A stretch of 64,000 bases of DNA from a virus (taxonomy: Duplodnaviria > Caudoviricetes): positions 1,899 to 65,898 of the IMG/VR virus record IMGVR_UViG_3300042887_002440; one strand, written 5' to 3'. Of the stretch, positions 58,397-64,000 are shown one piece after another. Both the position numbers and the translations under genes were made by a program. How positions within the stretch are numbered: the first letter of the stretch is position 1; each line of letters begins with the position of its first letter. The notes beneath the pieces were generated by a model. That model worked only from the letters and a program-made list of their open reading frames with translations, ran no database searches and was not told the DNA's origin.

Positions 58397-58471
58397 GTCG
58401 CTATCGTCTATCGGTTAGGACACAAGATTTTCATTCTTGTAAGCGGGGTTCGACTCCCCGTAGCGACGCCA
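58397..58471 (+). tRNA. tRNA-Glu(UUC)
   Basis: GTCGCTA/TAGCGAC acceptor stem, CAAGA-TTTTCAT-TCTTG anticodon arm, CCA. Confidence 0.93.
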
Positions 58472-58524
58472 ATATAGTATCAAAAATTGAACCTTTATAA
58501 ATAAAAATAAAAGGGTTCGATTGT

Positions 58525-58971
58525 ATGAAAATATGTCCAAAATGTTTTATTAAACATGATAAAAATGGAAAATACTGTTCTAGAACTTGCGCTAACAGTA
58601 GAACTTGGTCAGAAGAAGATAAACATAAAAAACGGTTAACCGTATTAAAAACTTTAGGTATGGAATATATCCCTAAAACCGCTAAAGCCGAAAAATGTTA
58701 TCCTAATGAAACGGTTTTTGTTGAACATTCAAGTTATTCTAGGCGTAGTTTAAAAAAGAGAATAATTGAACAAAATTTGCTTAATCATTGCTGTCAAGAA
58801 TGTGGGTTGAAACATGAATGGAATGGGAAACCAATAGTTTTGCAATTAGATCATATTAATGGTATTAATAATGATCATAGAATAGAAAATCTGCGTTTTC
58901 TTTGTCCTAATTGTCATACGCAACAAGATACTTATGCAGCAAAAAATATAAAAAAAAATAAAATTGGGTAG
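58525..58971 (+). mobile_element. Free-standing HNH endonuclease gene in the tRNA cluster
   Basis: CxxC, LQLDHING...DHRIENLRFLCPNCH; N-terminal CPKC...YCSRTC zinc finger. Confidence 0.9.
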
Positions 58972-59042
58972 GTAGTTTAATTGGATAAAACGCGTGCCTC
59001 CAAAACACAAAGATGAGAGTTCGAATCTTTCCCTGCCCGCCA
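58966..59042 (+). tRNA. tRNA-Trp(CCA)
   Basis: GGGTAGG/CCTGCCC acceptor stem, CTCCAAA loop, CCA; anticodon stem has two C-A mismatches; overlaps the HNH stop codon. Confidence 0.82.
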
Positions 59043-59064
59043 AATAATTTAATACGAGGAAGTT

Positions 59065-59247
59065 ATGAAAACTTTATTTTTAGTTAGTTTATGTTTATTA
59101 TCAACAGGATGTGCGAGTTCTGGTGATTTAGCTAAGTTACAAGAGGATCATGCTGCTTTAACTGCAAAGGTTGATTCTTTAACTAATTCAAATAAACAGT
59201 GCGATAAAAAATTAGATAATTTCTTCAAAAAAGTTCAGAAAAAATAG
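59065..59247 (+). CDS. Small Lpp/OprI-like outer-membrane lipoprotein
   Basis: Signal peptide with lipobox LSTG-C, heptad coiled coil, C-terminal Lys; GAGGA RBS. Confidence 0.75.
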   Translation: MKTLFLVSLCLLSTGCASSGDLAKLQEDHAALTAKVDSLTNSNKQCDKKLDNFFKKVQKK

Positions 59248-59250
59248 TTC

Positions 59251-59279
59251 TTGACTAATACATAGTTACGTTATATAAT
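59251..59279 (+). promoter_or_regulatory. Sigma70-type promoter
   Basis: TTGACT-N17-TATAAT upstream of a tRNA. Confidence 0.85.
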
Positions 59280-59292
59280 AGTAATGTAATTT

Positions 59293-59368
59293 GCCCCTTT
59301 AGCTCAATGGTTAGAGCGTCCGACTCATAATCGGTTGGTTCTAGGTTCGAATCCTAGGAGGGGCACCA
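59293..59368 (+). tRNA. tRNA(CAU), probably Ile2 (lysidine type)
   Basis: GCCCCTT/GAGGGGC acceptor stem, CCGA-CTCATAA-TCGG anticodon arm, A73, CCA; body resembles bacterial tRNA-Ile2. Confidence 0.85.
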
Positions 59369-59376
59369 AATATTCA

Positions 59377-60075
59377 TTATGTGAATAATATTGATTCAAT
59401 TAAGTGTAATTTTAATTTGGAAATATATTCTTTATGCGATATTCTTATGGTTTGAATATTATAGTGTTTGAGAATTAATGCATCTCGTTGTAAATCATAT
59501 TCTTTGGTTTGTTCATGTTGAGATCCATCTAATTCTATTAGTAGGTTTAATCCTGGAAAATAAAAATCTCCGTAATATAATTTAGTAGGACATCTAAATG
59601 TTTTATTTTTTATAAAATTTGTATAATTGTTTTTTAATAGCCAATTTTCAAATGATTTTTCTAAATATGAAGGTGAACTTCTATTTCTATTTTCGTTGGG
59701 ATTCCAACCATTATCTATTCTATTTCTTACATGGTTGGATAGTAATATAGATTTACATTTAGTTGAACACGTTTTACCTGTTCCTGTGTGATATTTTTTG
59801 CATATTATACATAGTTTTATTTTTGTATATGGATAATAATTCTTTGGTTTTGTTCCTTTTTCTGGTCCACTTTTGAATTTTGAATAATCTTTATTTCTAT
59901 TTCCATATTTTGCAGAACATGATGATGAGCAAAATTTGTTTTTGTTAAAAATTGGGTTATTACACTCAATACAATATGATTTAATAACGTGTTTTTGTAG
60001 GTGTTGTTTTAATGATTGTGATGTTATTTCTTGTTTACAAATAATACAAGAACATCTAATATTAAATTTAGACAT
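59377..60075 (-). mobile_element. Free-standing DUF559/Vsr-like endonuclease with zinc-ribbon repeats, antisense in the tRNA cluster
   Basis: S.LE..F, YYGDFYF, LIELDGSQH and D..RD motifs; several CxxC/CSxxC repeats; late TATAAATA on the minus strand at 60164-60171. Confidence 0.82.
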
Positions 60076-60182
60076 TATAGTTATTCCTGCGTACTAGTTT
60101 TAGGGACAGCCCAGTTACCTGCAATTGCGGTTGATAATACTCTTAATATTATCTAACCTAATTTATTTATACAATATTTAAT

Positions 60183-60257
60183 GCAAGTAAAGTGTTGATG
60201 GTTACACGTTCGGCTTCCACCCGAAAATATGGAGATCGTGACTCCATACTTGCTCCA
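60183..60257 (+). tRNA. tRNA-Gly(UCC), non-canonical T-loop
   Basis: GCAAGTA/TACTTGC acceptor stem, TTCGG-CTTCCAC-CCGAA anticodon arm, T-loop ATCGTGA, U73, CCA. Confidence 0.8.
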
Positions 60258-60270
60258 ATTTAAAAATTAC

Positions 60271-60299
60271 TTGACTTTTTAGTTTAGTCGAGTTATAAT
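60271..60299 (+). promoter_or_regulatory. Sigma70-type promoter of gp45
   Basis: TTGACT-N17-TATAAT. Confidence 0.85.
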
Positions 60300-60338
60300 A
60301 TATTTAAAATGATTCTTAACGATGAGGTGATATAAAAT

Positions 60339-61019
60339 ATGAAAATTTCCCAAGAAACAACTGCTATTCTAAAAAACTTTGCTCATATTAACCAAGGTAT
60401 TTACTTTAGAAAGGGTAATGTAGTTTCAACTATGAGTCCAGGTAAAAATATTTTATCTGCGGCTACTATCTCTGATACAATTCCTCAAGACTTTGGTATT
60501 TACGATTTAAATAATTTCTTATCAGTTGCTTCTTTATTTAAAGAAGGTCCAGAATTAGAGTTTGATGATAAACACGTAATTATTAAAGGTCGTGGTGGAC
60601 GTAGTAAGATTAAATATCGTATTGCCGATCAATCAATGATTGTTGTTGCTCCAGATAAACGCCCTAATTTACCAGCAGTTGATGTTAAATTTACGTTTTC
60701 TAAAGAAGATTTTGAATGGGTAATAAAAACCGCAACTGTGCTTGGTGCAACGCACGTTGCTGTTGAGTCTGATGGAACTACTGTATCTTTAATTACATTT
60801 GATGAGGCAAATGATTCAAGCCATGTTAATTCATTAGAATTAGCTGATGTTAATCCAGAAGGTAAAAGCTTTAAATTAGTTTTTAAAACTGAAAATTTAA
60901 AAGTTATTCCTGATACATATTCAGTAGAAATTAGTAATAAAGGTTTGTCTGCTTGGACATCAGTCACAGCTGAAATTAAATATTGGATTACTCTTGAAAT
61001 GAGTTCTGTGTACGGATAA
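60339..61019 (+). CDS. gp45: Sliding clamp
   Basis: MKIS.ET..ILKNFA.IN.GI, FGIYDL..FL and YWI.LE motifs. Confidence 0.95.
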   Translation: MKISQETTAILKNFAHINQGIYFRKGNVVSTMSPGKNILSAATISDTIPQDFGIYDLNNFLSVASLFKEGPELEFDDKHVIIKGRGGRSKIKYRIADQSMIVVAPDKRPNLPAVDVKFTFSKEDFEWVIKTATVLGATHVAVESDGTTVSLITFDEANDSSHVNSLELADVNPEGKSFKLVFKTENLKVIPDTYSVEISNKGLSAWTSVTAEIKYWITLEMSSVYG

Positions 61020-61022
61020 TAA

Positions 61023-61226
61023 ATGAGCGATTTTAATAATAAAATGTTAGATAGTTGGAATTCTTATATTCCCTCTACTGCGTATAAAATGAAACAAGTA
61101 TTTTTATTTACTTTATTAGATTCTTATATGACGACATGTTTATATAATGAGCAATTTAATTCAGACGAAAATATAACTGATGAAGAATTTATATATGGCA
61201 TTAAATCAATTTTGACGGAGGAATAA
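61023..61226 (+). CDS. Hypothetical protein
   Basis: 67-aa ORF filling the gap between gp45 and the next gene. Confidence 0.55.
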   Translation: MSDFNNKMLDSWNSYIPSTAYKMKQVFLFTLLDSYMTTCLYNEQFNSDENITDEEFIYGIKSILTEE

Positions 61227-61230
61227 TATT

Positions 61231-61515
61231 ATGACTGAAAATTTAGAAACAGTATTTGGTACACTTGATGATAAACAATTAAAAATTCTTACTGATGGGT
61301 TGAAAGAAATTTCAGTTCACTTCTCTCGTATTGAACGAGAGAAAGAAGCAGTAAAGGATATTGTTGATGCTGTTAAGGATCAAATCGAGTTACCGAAAAA
61401 AATTATTAATCGTTTAGCTAAAACATATCATAAACAAAATTTTGCTGAACAGAATACTGAAGATAAAGAATTTGCTAAACTTTATGTAAGTATTGTATCT
61501 GGTCATTCTGAGTAA
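61231..61515 (+). CDS. dsbA: dsDNA-binding protein DsbA-like
   Basis: KEIS....RI..EKE..KDI and KIINRLAKTYHKQNF pattern resembling T4 DsbA. Confidence 0.65.
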   Translation: MTENLETVFGTLDDKQLKILTDGLKEISVHFSRIEREKEAVKDIVDAVKDQIELPKKIINRLAKTYHKQNFAEQNTEDKEFAKLYVSIVSGHSE

Positions 61516-61527
61516 TTATTGATTTTT

Positions 61528-61551
61528 GGGCGGCTTCGGTCGCCCTTTTTT
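61528..61551 (+). terminator. Intrinsic terminator with cUUCGg loop
   Basis: GGGCGGC-TTCG-GTCGCCC followed by TTTTTT. Confidence 0.9.
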
Positions 61552-61552
61552 A

Positions 61553-62164
61553 TTATTTTCTTTTAGTTCTTTCTCTTAATCTATAAAACGTTGGGTATTT
61601 TGGGTTGTCTAATCTTTTTCTAATATTAATTCCAGGAAAATGTTTTTGCGCTTCTCCTACTGATGGATAATCTATACCTTCACAATTTACTGGGCAATTA
61701 TTTGCTTTAATCATTTTTTGTTTTGCTTCTTTGAGGAAATTTGCTGTATCTGGTCTAGATCTACCAAACATAGGGTTTTTTTCTCCTAATATATCTCGAG
61801 TTATCATCCCTTGTTTGTAATTTTCAGATTTAGAAGTATCTCCTCCAGATAACCCATCTTCTGGACGCATATTTGCCCAATTTTTGGATTCTACTATATT
61901 TAAAATATCTGATAACAGTAAAGAAACTCTTACTAATGTATCGATATCGTAAAATAGTTTTACCCAAGTTGTATTTATTGAATTGCCGTGTTTTTTTAGA
62001 TGATTTTTCCAGCGAGTTCCAGAACCTTTGTATTTATTTGGATCTCTAGTTGTTTTACCTAGATATTTTAATCCAGTAATAGAATGTTGCTTGATATACA
62101 AATATGTTGGTTTAAAATTTGAACGCTGTTGTTCAGTGATGGTATAAGTATTATTGCTGGACAT
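61553..62164 (-). mobile_element. Free-standing GIY-YIG (Seg-like) homing endonuclease gene, antisense to neighbours
   Basis: TYLYIKQHSITGLKYLGKT..DP.KYKGSG..W..HLKKHG, WAN and GEKNPMFG motifs; AGGAGA RBS supports the ATG at 62164. Confidence 0.85.
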
Positions 62165-62232
62165 TACAGTCTCCTGATTGTGCGTTAAATGTTTAGAACT
62201 AGTGGGAGTTGGCGCTCCGCGACTAGTTTTAT
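62156..62232 (+). ncRNA. Putative structured antisense sRNA over the endonuclease start (copy 2)
   Basis: TATAAGTA 5 nt upstream; two hairpins with compensatory changes relative to copy 1; U-tract. Confidence 0.5.
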
Positions 62233-62263
62233 TTATTATTATTTTTATTTTGGAGTTTATATT

Positions 62264-63205
62264 ATGATACGTGAGCATATGTTATGGTGCGAAAAATACA
62301 GACCAGAAAAAATTGCCGATTGTATTCTTCCTGAATCAATCAAATCAACATTTCAAGAATTTGTCACTCAAAACAAAATACCTCATTTATTAATTGCAGG
62401 TTCAGCTGGAGTTGGTAAAACAACAATTGCAAAAGCATTGTGTAAAGAAGTTGAATGCGACTATATAGTAATTAATGGTTCTGACGAAAATGGTATTGAT
62501 GTTCTTCGTGGTAAAATTAAAAATTATGCTTCATCCGTTAGTTTATCTGGTGGACGTAAAGTAATTATTATTGATGAAGCAGATTATTTAAATGCTAATT
62601 CATTACAACCAGCTCTTCGTAATGCAATTGAAGAGTTTTCTCGTAACTGTTCATTTATTTTTACTTGTAACTATAAAAACCGTATTATTGAACCATTACA
62701 TTCAAGATGTTCTGTTATTGACGTAAAAATTACAAAAGAAGATAAACAAAAGCTAATGGCTCAATTTTTTAAACGAGTTTGCTGGGTTTTGGATGAAGAG
62801 AAAGTTGAATATAACAAAGAAGTTGTGGCTCAGGTTATTGCGAAATATTATCCAGATAATCGTAGAGTATTAAACGAACTTCAGCGTTATGCAATGGGTG
62901 GAGTTATTGACGTTGGTTTATTATCAGTAGTTTCTGATGTAAATTTAACACCATTAATTAAAGGATTGAAAGAAAAATCATTTGCTGATGTTAGAAAATG
63001 GGTTGTTGATAACTTAGATAATGATAGTCAAACAATTTATCGTAAAATGTATGATACAATGTATGATATTTTGAAACCCAATTCAATTCCACAGTTAGTA
63101 TTATTAATTGGTCGTTACCAATATCAAACAGCTTTTGTTATTGATCATGAGATTAATTTGATGGCATTTTTTACTGAATGTATGGTTGATTTAGAATTCA
63201 AATAG
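62264..63205 (+). CDS. gp44: Clamp loader large subunit
   Basis: W.EKYRP, GSAGVGKTT, IIDEAD and LHSRC motifs; start re-assigned to 62264 (GGAG RBS). Confidence 0.96.
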   Translation: MIREHMLWCEKYRPEKIADCILPESIKSTFQEFVTQNKIPHLLIAGSAGVGKTTIAKALCKEVECDYIVINGSDENGIDVLRGKIKNYASSVSLSGGRKVIIIDEADYLNANSLQPALRNAIEEFSRNCSFIFTCNYKNRIIEPLHSRCSVIDVKITKEDKQKLMAQFFKRVCWVLDEEKVEYNKEVVAQVIAKYYPDNRRVLNELQRYAMGGVIDVGLLSVVSDVNLTPLIKGLKEKSFADVRKWVVDNLDNDSQTIYRKMYDTMYDILKPNSIPQLVLLIGRYQYQTAFVIDHEINLMAFFTECMVDLEFK

Positions 63206-63212
63206 GTGACTT

Positions 63213-63596
63213 ATGGATCTGTTTAAAGAAGTTTTACCATCGTTACTTCAAACTAAAAAATCTATTATCACATCTGATAATGAAAAGGAATACGAACCTT
63301 ATATTGTAAATAGAGCATTAAGTCAGCATAATGATTGTTTATTATATGTTAATGAAATGAATCGTTATTCTGGTTTAGATAAAAAAATGCAATATGACTA
63401 TTATATAAATACTTTTGTAGCCAAAAAAAGACCGTTTCAGAAATGGTATAAAGCAAGCGAATCAAAAGATATTCAGGTAATTAAGGAGTATTTCGGTTAT
63501 TCATCAGAAAAAGCCAAAGATGCATTAAGAATTCTTACTCCTGAACAAATTAATAAAATTAAGGAAGTTGTTGATAAAACAGGAGTTATAAAATGA
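63213..63596 (+). CDS. gp62: Clamp loader small subunit
   Basis: Y.PYIVNRALS, NEMN and IKEYFGYS.EKA..AL.IL motifs. Confidence 0.93.
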   Translation: MDLFKEVLPSLLQTKKSIITSDNEKEYEPYIVNRALSQHNDCLLYVNEMNRYSGLDKKMQYDYYINTFVAKKRPFQKWYKASESKDIQVIKEYFGYSSEKAKDALRILTPEQINKIKEVVDKTGVIK

Positions 63597-63994
63597 GTGA
63601 CATTTTTAATGGGTATGGAGTTGAGGTCTTTATTGATGAAAATAATTTTTTAAAAATTAAAGAAACATTATCTAGAATTGGCGTTCTTTCAAAGAAAGAT
63701 AAAACTTTATATCAATCATGCCATATTTTACATAAACAAGGAAGATATGTTATTATTCATTTTAAAGAATTGTTTGGTTTAGATAATAAATCTCATGAAA
63801 TTAGCGAAAATGATATTGCTAGAAGAAATACTATTGTAAATCTTTTAAAAGACTGGGAACTATTAGAAATTCGTCATGAAAATGAATGTAAATCTCCATT
63901 AGTTCCTATTAGCCAAATTAAAATTTTATCTTATAAAGAAAAAGACGAATATAATTTGGTTAGTAAATATAATATCGGAAAGGTTAAAAAATAA
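63593..63994 (+). CDS. regA: Translational repressor RegA
   Basis: FLKIKETLSRIGV, LYQSCHILHKQGRY.I.HFKELF.LD and RRNTI motifs. Confidence 0.97.
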   Translation: MSDIFNGYGVEVFIDENNFLKIKETLSRIGVLSKKDKTLYQSCHILHKQGRYVIIHFKELFGLDNKSHEISENDIARRNTIVNLLKDWELLEIRHENECKSPLVPISQIKILSYKEKDEYNLVSKYNIGKVKK

Positions 63995-64000
63995 TTATGG

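Noticed and set aside
58846-59043. Minus-strand 65-aa ORF
   Set aside because: Antisense to tRNA-Trp and the HNH gene; a typical tRNA shadow ORF.
56116-60257. Stop-codon reassignment or suppressor tRNAs
   Set aside because: Core genes translate full-length in the standard code, and no CUA/UUA/UCA anticodon is present; Ser(UGA) is an anticodon reading UCA.

Overview
AT-rich 64 kb segment of a lytic T4-like (Tevenvirinae/Kyanoviridae-type gene set) myovirus, standard genetic code. 1-41.6 kb is the virion module: a tape-measure-like gene with a tail-lysozyme domain, gp51/26/54/2/4, gp48/53/hub/5/25/6/7/8, a split VrlC-like pair, a repeat-rich fibre, and gp13-23. At 41.6-46.7 kb a six-gene minus-strand operon encodes a TET/JBP-like 2OG-Fe(II) dioxygenase, an Ntn glutamine amidotransferase, an amidoligase, an LMW phosphatase, an amino-acid:DNA-transferase-like protein and a P-loop kinase; this looks like an uncharacterised DNA base hypermodification pathway. 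46.8-64 kb holds gp3, uvsY, uvsW, gp55, gp47/46, a catalytically dead peptide deformylase, a glycosyltransferase, ten tRNA genes, dNMP kinase, four free-standing endonucleases, an Lpp/OprI-like lipoprotein, gp45, dsbA, gp44/62 and regA. The best non-coding signals are: a conserved ~80-nt structured antisense RNA cassette over the start of both reverse-oriented GIY-YIG genes; a -1 slippery site linking gp26 to gp51; a tRNA-His lacking G-1 and CCA inside an extended stem; and an origin-like hairpin cluster before gp55. All calls come from reading motifs and gene order by eye; no database searches were run.
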